From assembly GCA_008632985.1 (NCBI GenBank), contig QPGO01000259.1:57413-77412 (forward strand): a DNA stretch of 20,000 bases, written 5' to 3'. The position numbers and the translations under genes are program-made. Every line of letters begins with the position of its first letter. The stretch's first letter is position 1. The notes beneath the pieces were generated by a model. It saw only the letters and a program-made list of their open reading frames with translations, searched no databases and was not told the DNA's origin. The DNA is from Psammoneis japonica (taxonomy: Eukaryota). This document shows, piece by piece, positions 1 to 12,488 of the stretch.

Positions 1-797
1 ATGACGAAATGATTTTTTGTCGTACGCGTGGCTACCGTACAAACAGAAATCTACTCGATGACCAGAGGGTCACACTGGCAGATGATGCGAGGCAGCTGGA
101 GCCTGTCTGCTGCTGGTGCCATCACCCGCCTTTGAATTTCGGGACGTTTGTTTTGGTTGGAGCAGTGAGCAGTCTTTTGTGATTGATTTTCCTGCATTTG
201 GGCACTGGGCTTTCAGACTCAGGATGTTGCTGTTTTGTCTTTTGTTTTCATTTTTTGCGGCCGGCAGGGCTGTGGCTCATGACAAAAGCTGCGTCCTGCA
301 GCAAAGACTCAGCCTGCAGCAAGGGCGTGGAAGACTCCCACACCAAGGCACACACCCGCAGACATGTCATCCACAGATGCAAGGTCAACAAAAGACTGGG
401 TTGAAGCAAGGGCTCATTTCTTGCACAGGAGGCAAGAGTGCCACAAAAACAGGAGCAGCGAGTCTCCAGAGATTGAAGTGGTGGGTGGTGAGAGCCCTGG
501 TGCTCAAAGGAGCATCAAATGGAGGAAATGAGCTCTGCGTGCATTGTGATGCCAGAGCAAGTCAAAACAAGATGTGTGGCACAATGACAGATCTTGGCAG
601 CCAAGCACCATGTGGAACCTTGTGCTGCTGTGCTGCCTGTGACATGCATGTTTGCAATCATGTGATCCAATTGAAAACTTTTGACATCTGTTGTGTTTGC
701 TCACTTGCCAACATCTGAAGAGTGTGCTGGCACATGCAGATGTCACAAAAAAATGATTGTGGGGAGGCATGGCTGTGATTCAAAATGGGTCCTTGTG

Positions 798-885
798 ACA
801 GGTTCCAGCCCCGGGTGACGGGGTTCCATTTGACATTGGCCTGTGCAGCTCCATGTGCTGCCAGCTCTGCAGCACAAGAATTTGT
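798..885. mobile_element. Decayed terminus of the same TIR family (other end not identified)
   Basis: acaggttccagccccgggtg...tgacattggcc...agctctgcagcacaagaattt resembles 19891-19971. Preceded by cttgtg. Confidence 0.65.
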
Positions 886-2550
886 TTTTGACAGGTGTGT
901 TTGTCTTCAACATCTGAGCACAAACAACCACCAAGCATGTGGCACAACTGTGCACCTCAATGCTTGGCACAGCAATGTTTTGGTTGGCCTTGAAGCACCT
1001 GACTGGGCTGCAATCCTTTGTCCAACAAGAAAGAACAAATGCCAAAAATGCAGCAAAATGATGAAGTCCAAAACAGAAACTCTGTGCTCCGCTGATGCTC
1101 AGACTTGCTTGTCATTGACATGATCTCTGCACCAGCAGCAGACGGTGCTCAGGGCATGCCCTCCTTTCAGCAGCTCAGCATGCTGCCACTTGTTGTTCCA
1201 CAGAAACAACAAAAAGGAGCTTCGCTTCTGAGGAGCTGTGTTGTCAAGCGTGGCACCCAATTTTTGTTGGCTTCAAGCTGCAAAGCTGCATTGTGGTGTG
1301 TGATGGAATGAACTTGCCCCCATCCAAGGGGACAGCTTCCACCTGCAAAGTGGCTCTTGTCAAAAGACAAAGGCTTCAGCCACCGGATCAATCGGCAGAC
1401 GAGTTTTGGGTCACAGCAAAGAGTTGTTTTGGTTGCTTTGAGAGAGTTGCTTCTGTGGCAATTCAGACCACAACAATTCTCCTGGTCAACAACATTGCAA
1501 GAGCTCAAGCAAACAAACTGCTGGCACAAGTGGACAAGGCAAACTGAAAGCAGCTGCACCATTTTTGCAAATCCGCCTGCCCTGTGCTGTGGCCCAACAA
1601 CTGTGCTGCAAAATGACACAAAATTCCATCAAAGGTGTGCAGAAATGCGCGTGCATGTGACATGCAGCACATGAAAAAAGGCTCAACATTGCAGCCCAAT
1701 GCTGCAAGGTTCCACCATTTGTCTGGAGCAGTGTTGAAGAAAAATGCACTCACTGCCTGGCACACAAAATGCAGAGCTCACAATGCACAGAGTTGCACAT
1801 GCCTGCCTGTGTGTCATCCCTCCTGTTTGGCTTTGATGAGCTCAAATTTGCACAGGTGCTCTGAGATGGTGGCTGTGCATTTTTGCAAGTTTGGGCCAAA
1901 AAACAAGGGTTGCAGCAGCATCATTGCTTGTTCACAGCCCTGGATGAACAAGCTTGCCATGGTTTGAACATTTTTCACATCTGCTGCTGGGCTTGTGAAC
2001 AGGTTGTTGGGCAAAAGCACAGCTGCCTGCTGCAGGCACTTGCACACTTGAACTTGAGCAAGCCCCACTGTGGGCACTTGTGCAAGAGCAGGGTCATGCT
2101 GCTGGAAACCCACCCAGGGCTGAAGTGTGTGCCTGGAGCTGGCTTGTGTGCAATGGCCACACCCCACACACCACAAATCTTGTTCCCATGTGTGGTTGCT
2201 TTTGACCGATGGTGACCAGCTGGCAAAATGGAGCTGTTGCTCTTTTCATTTCAAAAGATCATGCAGTGGCAGAGGTGCATTGTGTGAATTTTTTTTGCAG
2301 AGCTGTGCCAAATTGTTTGCTTTTTTGTTGTTTCTTGTTTGGCGCTGATGCGCAAGCGGGAATCACTCCACTGCAGGTGCAGCAATGGTCAAATTTGTGG
2401 GCTGTCATCATGATCAAGGAGTTGATGAGTGGAGCCAAGAGGTCTGTCTTTCTGAATTTTTGCACTTTCCTTGCTTCAAAGGCTTGGAGACTTCATTTGT
2501 TTTTCCTGCATGCTCAAGCTTGCAAATGAAAAAACCTTCTCTGCAAAGTT

Positions 2551-2665
2551 CAGCCCTTTTGTTCCCAAGCTTGTTTTCCTCAATCAGCCTGTGGAAATGC
2601 ACAAGCATGATGCAGCCCCTTTGTTCCCAAGCTTGTTTTCCCCTCAATCAGCCAGTGGAAATGCA
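2551..2665 (+). repeat. Two-copy tandem duplication, about 62-bp period
   Basis: cagccc.tttgttcccaagcttgttttcc(cc)tcaatcagcc.gtggaaatgca at 2551-2601 and 2613-2665. Confidence 0.9.
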
Positions 2666-3255
2666 GTGTGATGTCAGAAGGACAGCTTGTTTGGGCTGAT
2701 TGTGAGCTGAGCAATGACAAGATTGACATCCTGTGTCACCAAAACAATGTGCAAAAATTTTGGGGAAGTGACCAAAAGACAATGACAAAAACCTTTCAAC
2801 ACATCATCAAGCCTGAGAATTTTGGGCAACAAAGAGCATGGGCTCAGTGCAAGAAGGAAGAAAGTCAGCACATTGCTTTTGTCAGCTTCTTTTGTTTGTG
2901 TCATGAGGAAGGATGGGTGGTTCTTTCAACAGCTGTTTTTTTTGTAAAAATGCAGCTCTCCCCCCCCCTCCAAAGCTGCTCACAGATTGTTGCTCATCGC
3001 AGCTGGGAAATGCGGTGCTGCTGGTTTTTCCACCCTGGCTGCATTGCACTCTCTCACACGATGACATGCTTTGTCACAGCAAAAATGTGCGCACACTTTG
3101 ACTCTTTTGTGCTGTGCAAGCTCAACATCTTTTTCTTTGGCCAGCAGCTTGAAAGCGCAAAAACACTGCAAAATGAAGTGCAGAGAGGGAAAAAAAAAGA
3201 ACACCCCCTTTGAGCAATCAGCAGAGAGAGCGGGGGGTGGCTGCTGGCACAGGGG

Positions 3256-3513
3256 GCCTGTTCCAGCTCCAGGTGCTCCGCGCGGGTTCGATTCCCATCA
3301 TTTGGAAATTTGTGCATTTGGCGCAATTGGCTTTTTCCAAATCCGTTTTTTGCCAAATCGAAGGGCAAGTGTGCACTTTACATGTGTTTTCGGGTGTACA
3401 CTCACCTTTCGATTTTCGAAACGATCAAAATTGAAGGAGCCAATTGCGCCAAACTGCACAGAAAATCGGCCTCTCGAGTGATGAAAAGCAGATCACCTGG
3501 AGCTGGAACAGGC
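3256..3513. mobile_element. MITE-like TIR element, 258 bp
   Basis: Perfect 20-bp TIR gcctgttccagctccaggtg / cacctggagctggaacaggc, flanked on both sides by cagggg (3250-3255 and 3514-3519). A second internal inverted pair: tgtgcatttggcgcaattggct / agccaattgcgccaaactgcaca. Confidence 0.88.
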
Positions 3514-5549
3514 CAGGGGGCTGCATTTCTCCTCCTCCCCAGTGCACCCCAGCCGCCCTCTCTGCACCCGCCCACTGCCACAAAGAGCCAAGGCACAATC
3601 ATCAGACAGCATGAAAGCCAAAGCTGAGTGGATTCCTGGGACTGGACAGCCCGGCGCGCCGTCCCAGTTGCCGCCAATGCGCCAGTCGTGCGAAATTTTA
3701 CAGCGATCATGATTGCGCAAGCATGGCATCAAGTGCGACTGCATCCCATGTCCTCACAGCTGCATCACAGATGCCATTTTGAGTCCTGGCCAAAAATTTT
3801 CCATTGAGTGGAACACACACATTTCTTTGAGCAATTGCGTTCTTGAACGGACAGGAAAAGGAAAGAAAATTTCATTCCAATCAAAATTGACACTGTTGGA
3901 CAAACACATTGGCAATGATGCACGTGGATTTGCCTGCTTGTCAACAAACTGCCCGCACATGCACTCAATGGCCAAGTGACGTTCTTTGATCATGCCATGC
4001 ATCAGAGATGAAACACCTGCACTCAGTTGTCCAACCTTCACATGAAGATCTGAGATGCAAACCGGGAGCAACCCGCCAGCACAAAAAACACGCCATGCTA
4101 CACTGCAACAACACCACATTGGGTGCCAAGCAATCCAAGACCGGCAAGCACGTGAAAGTTGACCCAACGGCAATCGGGCAGTCGTGTGTTGTGTGTTTTT
4201 GTTTGTGGGCGAGGCATTGTGCCAACAACAACAACAGCGAGATTGTTTCATCGTTGATCACTCCACCACAAAGAAGTGCCAATTATTTTCGTTGGTTGGC
4301 AGCAGCACATTTACGTGTGGAACCAGTTCTGCATGGTTTCCACACCGCAATTGTTCTGGGGAGAGTTGAAACATGACGAAAAGTGATTCTTGAATCTGAA
4401 GTGTTTTGAACAAAGCACAACAACCATGATGACAATGAAAACAACAACAACCATGATGCTCAAGTGTCTGCCATCTCTCTTGCTGTTGAACGCTTGCTTT
4501 GCATCTGCACAAGAAGCCCCTGCTCTTGGATGGTGTCTCAAATCCAAGCATTTTCTTGATGCCAGTGGCAGGAAGAACAACTGCTTTGGGCAGCCAGGGC
4601 AAGCTCAGCTTGTGTGGCTGCACCCAACAGGAGGGGTGGCAGTGCAACACATGAAAAAGGAGGCTGGGGCAGCTGATTGTCACATTGGCCAACAAACAAG
4701 AAAACAAAGTGTTGACACACAAAGAGCTGCTTGACAAACACCACCAAACTCAAGCCAGCCACCAAGGCAGCACACAACAACTGGAACAAAAGCACAAGAA
4801 GAACACTCCCCTTGACCTGTTCGGGGAGAGAAGTCACAAGTTTTCACAGGTTTCTGAGGACGCATGACGAATCTAATCAGAAAGGTCCCAAAACTGCGAT
4901 GCTTGAGTTTCAAAGAGCCACGCAAAATGAGAAACCCATGGAAACTTGCAACTTCTCTTCATGGGCAAGTCAAGGGGAGTGCAACCAAGCAGTTTGAACA
5001 CTCTGTCAGGTGAAATGTTCAAGTTTCCATCATCTGGGAGAGGGCTCAAGTTGGTGAGCCGACTTTGGCAATTTGTGTAGAAAACACACTGAGCTGTGCG
5101 TGCATGGAATCTGGCCCACTTTTGCACCCGCACCACCCCAAGGTGTGCGCACAATGAGCGCACAGCAGCGCAATGTCAGACAGAAGACAGTCTTGCATTT
5201 TTTGCAATTTGCGTGACAAATTGCCGTCGACGCCGATGATGATGACAATTTTCAGATGCTGACAGAGGACAACTTTGCAACAGGCACTTGATGCACTGAT
5301 CAACTGCACTGCGCAGAACACATGTGTGTGAAGAAAGTCCCCAGGGCAAACTCACAATCATTCGATGATCAAATGCGCAAAACGACGGTCAAAAAACAGA
5401 GCTCCTCATTGGTGTGACGTTTTGCGCTTTAATGGAGGTTGCTTGCAGGGACTTTCATGACTGAATGCATTCTCAAACACAACAAACTAAATGTCCACAA
5501 GGCGAGTCAGAATTGAAGCTGTGTCCCGCCTCAAGCTTCCGCATGCAAT

Positions 5550-5566
5550 GGGGGGGGGGGGGGGGG
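5550..5566 (+). repeat. Poly-G tract (17 nt)
   Basis: Directly visible homopolymer. Confidence 0.9.
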
Positions 5567-6402
5567 TCAAAATTGTCCATTTGTCACAGCACGTAGAATC
5601 TACATGGGTTCTGGCATTGACCTCATTGCAGGCACAGTCAGCCAACAACCCGACAATCACAGCGCACGCAGGGCCTGCGCAGGTCATGGTGTTGAACTTG
5701 CCATTGAGTCTTTTCAGCGCACAACCTGCGTGATCACGACTGCAACTTGTGGCAGCGTTTCCATTCTTGAACTGACTGTCGCAGTGGGATTTGCACCAGG
5801 TGCTGAGAAGCTGTGATTGGCAAGTGGGCTGTGATCCAAGAAGGAATCTGGAACCTTGAAGGGGGTGGGGTTTGGAGGCGGAACACACAACCAACTCAGA
5901 CTTGCCCAACAACAAAAGACTCTTGGACACGTCGCTGTCATCGCTGTCGTCACGACAATGCACCACCATCACATCGCCGATTGTTGGTGACAAGACGCGC
6001 AGTGTGCTGTGCGTTTCTCGTGCAGCAGAAAATCCTGAAAAATCAAATTGTCGTGCCTTTGCCCCTTCTTCTGCGATTGCCTTAAGAAGCTGTCAGCAGT
6101 GGCATGCACAAAAAAGCAATGAGCTGTTCCAAGACTGTGCTTGCCAGCGCACAAAGGATTCATCAGAGAACACTTTCTTGCACAAGCCAGTCGAAGACTG
6201 GGCTGAAAGAAGAGCAAAAGAGTGCGCCAAAAACAAAGGGCCAAGCAATCCAGCCATTTGTGAAAAAGCAAATGGCAGCATGTGTGACTTGCACACAAAG
6301 ATTTCAGATCTGATGTGGGCAACACTTTGGGAAAGAACTGCAAGTCCACAGCTCAAAACTTCAAGCTGGTTGTGGAAAGAGGTGCTGAGCCAATGCTTTG
6401 CA

Positions 6403-6422
6403 CCCCCCCCCCCCCCCCCCCC
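6403..6422 (+). repeat. Poly-C tract (20 nt) followed by A-runs
   Basis: Directly visible homopolymer. Confidence 0.9.
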
Positions 6423-6949
6423 AAAAAAAAGCTTAAAAAACAAACCTGAAGCTGCAAGCACCTGCAGCGCCAAACAAGGGTGGCACCACAGACAGCTGAG
6501 GCCAGCACAAAAAAGAAATGGAGCATGCAGACAGAGCTGAAAGACACTTGGCTCCTGTGAAAACTGCAGCCTTAGAGAGATGCTGATCTTTGCTGACTTT
6601 TCCATGACATGTTGGTCTTTCAGCATGCCTCCTGACCAACAATTGCTTTGTGGATGTCTGCACTGTCATTTTCTGCATCTTTGTTGTTTGGCTTTCTTGG
6701 AGTTAATTTTGGTGCCAGGAAGCCAACCAGAAAATTCTTGCCTGTGCAATGAGGAGGGCCGCCAGCGGAAGCTCATGACAGTCTGATCTTGGGGTGAGCA
6801 GACTCCTGGTGGGTGTCTTTGCTCCAAGAACTTTGTTGTTTGTCAGTTTTGCTTTGTTGTTTCTGGCGGTGATTTTGTTGTTTGCATCACCCAGGAGCAT
6901 AAAAAAAAAGGTTTTTTCTGTTGTTAAAAGGTTGGGTCATTTCCTGTTC

Positions 6950-7950
6950 AGCAAGCTCATGCAGTTGACAGTGCAGCACACTGTGTGTCGACTTGTCTCT
7001 GGTTGATCAATTGCGAGGGTTCCAATCACAATGGTGCCCAAAATCATCCAGAAGTGGCCCAAAGGCAAGTTCATGTCAGTGTCTTCTTTGCTGGTCTTGA
7101 CAAGACAAACCTCACGTGCCAAATTCAAAACACAACAGGAATCCAAGCAAAACCCAAGAGTTTGGTCTTGTCCACATCTTGGCTGAAACCAAGCAGAAAC
7201 ATCCCGCACACAAGCAGCGAGATGCCTGGCCACTTGGCGGATCCAAGCAGGTGCTTGTCAGCTTCTGCCGCTTGAGGCCCCACTTCTCACTGGCATTCTC
7301 TGTGTCTAGAAAGCACCAGATGCCTTTCAGTGCATTGCAAGCACCACAGATCAACATGACTGCATTGGCGCTGTCCAGGTTTTGAAGACAGGTGCACGCT
7401 GTGACAACTTGAGGTGCCAAGACCACGAGCACCTGGGCCACATTGGGGATTCCCAGTTTTTCTTCTTCATCATTCAGTCAGGATGCTGCGAACAACTTCT
7501 TCAATCACCAGGAACATCCCGCATCTGATGGCCATGTCAATGCTCTTGTCATGGACGAACATGAGGTGTGCAATGAAAGATGTCAAAAGGAAAAATGTCC
7601 ATTCCTTTCGGCAAACAAAGACACACTTGGGGGCAGGCTGCTTGAAGCCATGAGCCTCCATGGCCTTCTCTGTTCTGAGTGCACCAAGAACCTGAGCCGC
7701 TGGAAGGATTGTGCTGCTTGTCTTGGCCGCTGTGCTCGAATCAAGAGGTCCAGCCCCTCCACAATGGACAGAGAGTGCAGCAAAATGCGGAACAGTGGTG
7801 GCAGAGTCAAGAGGTCTGCCCCCTTTGTGAGGGAGTGCAACCAAACACAGAACAAAGGCCTTGTTTTGCATGAGGGTGCTCTTTTTGGCTGTGCACTCAA
7901 TTTGATGAGCACAGCAAGGCCGACAAGGACAGAAGAGAGTTTCATGGTTG
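6950..7950 (-). pseudogene. Possible decayed membrane-protein gene, family not identified
   Basis: Protein-like hydrophobic segments in minus frames (MKLSSVLVGLAVLIKL; LNDEEEKLGIPNVAQVLVVLAPQVVTA...NAVMLICGACNALKGIWCFLDTENASEKWGL), broken by stops and frameshifts. Confidence 0.3.
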
Positions 7951-8082
7951 GTTCTTTGCAGTTGAAAGTGCAAATGGGGATGATGACACAGTTTGCATCC
8001 CAAAAGATTTTTTGAAGAAATTTGTGGAGTGCGGCAGGTTCAAAGGTGTGCGCAAGAGCACAAGGTTGTGAGTCACATGGTG

Positions 8083-8225
8083 TGTCCACTGCAGTGACAT
8101 TCACAAGCTGGACCAGGACCAAACCAATCTGGCAGGAGTGGAGAGGGCTTTGCTGGTGCAGGCTTGCACTCTCCCAAGAAAATTCAGGCTGGACGGCAAG
8201 GGCCAGAGGGCGGGAAAGGTGGGAG
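8083..8225 (-). repeat. Split direct repeat B2 (3' end of the element)
   Basis: Direct copy of 8383-8556. Confidence 0.9.
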
Positions 8226-8229
8226 TGTC

Positions 8230-8365
8230 AAAAGCTGTCTGCTTTGACCCGCTGTTGTTGTCTCAAAAGAACAAGCAAGCTTCATTGGATGGGCAGCTCA
8301 TGCATTGCTGTGCATTCAATGGAGCCAGGAATCTTGCTTGGCACGTTGCTTGAGGCCAGCAGCTG
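8230..8365 (-). repeat. Split direct repeat A2
   Basis: Direct copy of 12489-12627, located between B1 and B2. Confidence 0.9.
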
Positions 8366-8382
8366 TTGCCACTTTTCTTGTT

Positions 8383-8556
8383 TGTCCACTGCAGCAATGT
8401 TTTCACAAGCTGGTGGACTGGGGCCAAACCAATCCAGGAGTGGAGAGTGTTTCACTGGCACAGGCTTGCACTCTCCCAAGAAAACCCAGGCTGGACGGCA
8501 AGGGCCTCCAGCTCCTCCAAAGGAGGTGCAAGTGAATTTGGGTGGGAGAGGTGGGA
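8383..8556 (-). repeat. Split direct repeat B1
   Basis: tgtccactgcag...ttcacaagctgg...ccaaaccaatc...caggagtggagag...caggcttgcactctcccaagaaaa..caggctggacggcaagggcc...ggg.ggga.aggtggga matches 8083-8225, with about 30 extra bp at 8507-8539. Confidence 0.9.
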
Positions 8557-8619
8557 CTGGCTGGCAGGCTGTGGCGCTCAAGGCATGTTGGGGGCAATGG
8601 GGACATCGTTGTTGGGGTG

Positions 8620-9480
8620 TGGAGTGCAAAGTTCCCACCAGCTGGCATGTGTTGTGCATGGCAGCATTTCATCAGAGTGCCAGCAGCCTGAGAGACAGAT
8701 GATGTCAGTGTCCACTTGGGCACACAGCAACCCCATGGCACCGGCGGCAAGAAGGCAGAGCACGCGGAGACATCAGATGGGTTGAAACCAAGGTTCTGGG
8801 GGCCAAGGGCAGTGACGGCAGTGTGGAGGATGGACATGATGTCAGCTCGGCTGACACGGTGCCATGCTCTGTCATGAAAGCATGTGGAGAGGGGGGTGTC
8901 TGTCAGCATGCTGTGGGTGCACAAATGCAACACTCGACATGTTGCTGCTTTAACTGGGCAAAGCTGGGGGTGGCCAGAGAGGCCCAGACCAATGACTTCA
9001 CCATCACACCATTCTTTTGGTTGGTGAATGTGAGGGTGGTGAATGTGGCAGCCACGAGCTGTGCGGTGGGCACCTGGAATAGATCAAGACACACACTGCC
9101 AGCGGAGAGATGCACGCTGGTGAGCTGGAAAGGGGTGGTGTCAGAAGGTGTGGCGGTGTGTTTGTCAGGGCGCAAAAGGAAGAAAAAGGCTGGAGCAATT
9201 GTGTCAGCGATCACCTGGGTGCCCGGGTGTTGGCTGAGGGCAGTGGTGGAGAGGATCCAATGCAAGTCGGCAACCAGCACAGGCTTGACGACTCTGTCTG
9301 GTGGAGGATCTTGCTTCTTGTGGCAATGGATTTGGTGGTTGAGCGGAAATCCAAACCCCCTTGTGGTGTGAGGTGCAGGTCCAGGGACCCCATTGCAGCA
9401 AACATTTGGCCAATGGACCACAGGGCATCTTCAGCAGTGTGTCCATGGATGGGATGGGGCCATGTGGTGCAAGGATGCTG
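8620..9480 (-). pseudogene. Tyrosine recombinase remnant of the Ngaro-like element
   Basis: EDALWSIGQMFAAMG...LDFR, KQDPPPDRVVKPV, AFFFLLRPDKHT (LLRPGEYT), LTFTNQKNGV, DVSACS/LAAGAMGLL (SARSLRAxGAMALL), DIICLSGCWHSDEML (IIRLxGRWRSDEMLRY). Frameshifted. Confidence 0.88.
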
Positions 9481-9639
9481 ATGTGGCATCAGTGGAGGCA
9501 GACTTGGAGGCAGAGGATGGGATCATCAATTTCAAGAAGGAGTGAATTGATGGCCACAGTGTGGCAGAAGTTGGTCTGTTTTTCCCAGTGGGTGTTGGTG
9601 GCGGAGGTGCGTGTGAAGTGGTGACTGTAAGGGTGACAG

Positions 9640-11575
9640 CTTGTTGCACAGCATGGAGGTCACAAAGGAGTGCAGTTTGGGTGGCAGGATCCACAAGCAC
9701 CGAGGTTTGTTCTGGGGACAACAAGAGTTAAAGTGGTGCAAAAATTTGGTGTCAGTGAGGGATTGCAACAAGCACAAGGCATCATCAGCGGCAGACGCAT
9801 TCCAGCTCCAGGTGGGACCTCGCACTGCTGAACTGTGACATCAACAGTTTTTGGATCATGTCGCATGTTGTGCACATGCATTTCCACATGTGACATTCTA
9901 CGAAATTGTTTCATGCTCCCTGTTTTGCGAAGCCAAAGGCTTTCCATTTTCGACATTTGTGAGAATGAAAATGCACTGGGCATGTTCTTCAATCATGTCT
10001 GAAGAATGCACCCGGGCAAACTGTCAATGATGTGCTCCAAGTGTGAAGGAGGAGATGCGTTCACAAAATTGCCTCTTTTTCTGTTGGTGATCATGTGCAT
10101 TTTCATTGCAGCACAAATTCACTGCAGAGCTTGCACGCAGAATTCTACGGGCCCAATGTCACACAGAGTCCGCCCAGGACTGGAACCCGTCGGCAGTGTT
10201 GACCGGGCATGGCAGGTGGTCATGCAGTGTGAGGTGACAATGGAAACGTTGGTGGCAGGCTTGGTGATGAAGAAGGGGCGCACGGATTCTTGCGGCAGTT
10301 GAGGATCCTTTGCATTGCCAGAACATGGTGCCTGAGCAGTCGGTGCATTGGAGGTGTGTGCATTCCCACATGTCGAAGCAGTTGGATGCTGCACATGTTT
10401 GCACTGTGCTTCCTGCAAGCTCCAGATTGGTGTTGGTCGTGGTTCCGGCGGGGTTGTCACAGGTGGCGAGGTCAGATGTGATGGCTTTGGGGAAGGGCAT
10501 TTGCCATGCTGTCAGACCTGATGAGGTTTGACAGTGGGCACATGCAGAAGGGCCAAACTTGAGTTTAGTTGCCCGTGGCACGGTGACTGCATTGGTTGGC
10601 AGCAGCACTCCTCCTCCTGTGCCATGCCCGGTGGCATCATGGCATCCATGTGCCATGGGTTTGAGCGGGACCAGTTCTTGGATGCAAACTGGACGAAGTT
10701 CGAGGGTGGCGCAGAGGTCTCTGAAGTTGTCCACAATTGCGTGGAAGGTGGGTGTGAGATGTGCGCGGGAGTCAGGTCTGTGTGGTGTGGTGCAGCAGTT
10801 CCTGGAGTTCAGAAAACAGGCCACGCAATCCAGGGATTGCTGTTGACAGTGAGCACAGCTCACCAAGTGGGTGGTGGCAGTCGGAAGTGGTGGTGTGATT
10901 GTGCTGGCAGGGGAAGTCCTGATGCAGTGCAGCACAGAGTTGTGCAAGGCAACAGTTGGTGAGGTGCAGTGTCATGGCATGGGTGTCGATCAGCCAACCC
11001 AGCACCTCTTTTTGTGTTGACCAGGTTGCATTGCCTTTGCACAATTTCTTTGCTGAGATGGGCTCTTGATGTTGTTCAGTGTCATTGGCATTGAGCGGTT
11101 GAAAGATTTTGTTGATGGCTGTCATGATTGTTCACAGAACATTGAGTTGGGAGTGCTGTGGCCCTTGTGCAGCACCGATGCAGTTGTCTGCATGTGTGTC
11201 AACATGCCACAGATGTTCGCGGCATTTGTGATGCAGGTGTGGGTCCGTTGTGGTTGGCAGTGGCACAGCTGAGGCTGGATCTCTGGGCAGCATTGTGCAC
11301 AAGGGCAGGTGATGGCCGCCAGCTGTGCCTGTTCCAGGTGGCGCAGCGGTGCAGCAGGAGTTGGTTGGCCAGGTCGGCACCAGTCTTGGTTGCAACACAA
11401 AATGCTTGTGGTGAGTTCTTCCAGCCCATGGGAAGTGTGGCTGGGATTGCCGCTGGGGGTGGTTTGCTTGGGATCAATGGGGGTGCCACAACCAATGTCG
11501 GTGCTTGGTCTGACATGATGGAGAGACAACAAAAACCATCAGACATGTTGATCTTCATCAAATGCACATGTCCTC
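9640..11575 (-). pseudogene. Reverse transcriptase-RNase H remnant of the Ngaro-like element (interrupted at 9795-10190)
   Basis: HLMKINMSDGFCCL (YLxKxDxSDGFYR), LPMGWKNSPQAFC, HVDTHADNCIG (YVDD mutated to HADN at 11183-11194), EPISAKKLCKGNATWSTQKEVLGWLIDT, LGELCSLSTAIPGLRGLFS, GCHDATGHGTGGG (DASG motif), TNTNLELAG, PVNT/AADDALCL. Confidence 0.9.
9795..10190. mobile_element. MITE-like TIR element, 396 bp, nested in the RNase H region
   Basis: Imperfect TIR acgcattccagctccaggtgggac / gtccgcccaggactggaacccgt, flanked by cggcag at 9789-9794 and 10191-10196. Removing it with one copy of the duplication restores the in-frame PVNTAADDA. Confidence 0.88.
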
Positions 11576-11839
11576 CAACAGTGGATGGCACTGGCTGACT
11601 TGATTGGCTGCAGTGGCTGCTCTGTGAATTCCCACAAAAGCTGGCTTGGGCGCCAATGACATTTGCGGCAATGGGTTCACACAGGCAAAGGGTGCATGCA
11701 TGGACGTGCGGGCATGTGGACTTTGACCGCCTTGGGAGTCTGTGCTGCAATTTCCAGATGTGGCCCTTCTGGCATGGTGGTGATTGCCGCCAACATGGCA
11801 TTGTTGGTCAATGTGTGCATGCCGTTTGGTGCCAAATTC

Positions 11840-12476
11840 ATCAACGCATTTGGGAACTTAGCAATTTGGCATTGGTTGCAAGCCAGGTCCCCCAATGATC
11901 CCACAAGTGAGACCAACCCATGGTTGTGGTTGTCGCACTGCTGTGCAGTGGGGCAGGTTGAAATGTGGTGGGACACTTGAATGTGCCCTGCATGGTTGGC
12001 GGGTCCTGGCACTTGGCAGTGCATGAGGACAGGCAGGGGTGCATCATGCTCAGAGGCCGCTGCAAGCCTGTCAAACAATGCCCCCGGATTGTGTCAGGAC
12101 TGGCCATTTTGAAGTCGGCAGTTGTGTGGAAATCAGTGCAGGTGCATGGGACGCGTGGTGGCTGGAGGTGTCCTGGAGGCTGTGCTTGTCCAGCGGTGCC
12201 TGCCTGAGGCGGTGGCACCGGTTGACCTTGTGGTTGAGCAGCTGCTCCTTGTTGTGCTGCTGGCAGCCCTTGCGGGGCCTGTTGCAGTGGTGCTTGTGGT
12301 TGTGGTGCCTGTTGTGCCAGCGGCACTGGGTGTGCAGGTTGCAGGTGGTGGGGGCGCGACGCCTTGTGCCAGCGGCTGGCTGTGCCCCTTGTTGGGGCAG
12401 TTGGTTTGCCCCTTGGTTCAACATGTTGTGTGTCATTCTCACACAAGTGGACAACAGTGGCGGAGGTGTCTTGCAT
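11840..12476 (-). pseudogene. Probable gag-like ORF1 remnant (Pro/Gln/Ala-rich)
   Basis: Lies between repeat A1 and the RT. Low-complexity PQA tract followed by a Cys/His-containing segment (HPCLSSCTAKC). Assigned mainly by position. Confidence 0.4.
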
Positions 12477-12488
12477 TGAACCAATGGC

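Noticed and set aside
2111..2130. cacccagggctgaagtgtgt as the right TIR of the 798 element
   Set aside because: Only about 15/20 match and it is not followed by the expected cttgtg duplication.
2551..2665. Possible CRISPR repeat-spacer unit
   Set aside because: Only two long copies with an 11-bp gap and no cas genes; a simple tandem duplication.
4430..4997. Signal-peptide-like MMLKCLPSLLLLNACFASAQ and ShK-like SWASQGEC
   Set aside because: Different frames and too short, and Cys is inflated by the mutation process, so no family call is supportable.
8660..8680. CTGATGA...GAAA hammerhead-like core on the minus strand near the element 3' end
   Set aside because: It is the coding sequence of the recombinase SDEM motif and lacks the required flanking stems.
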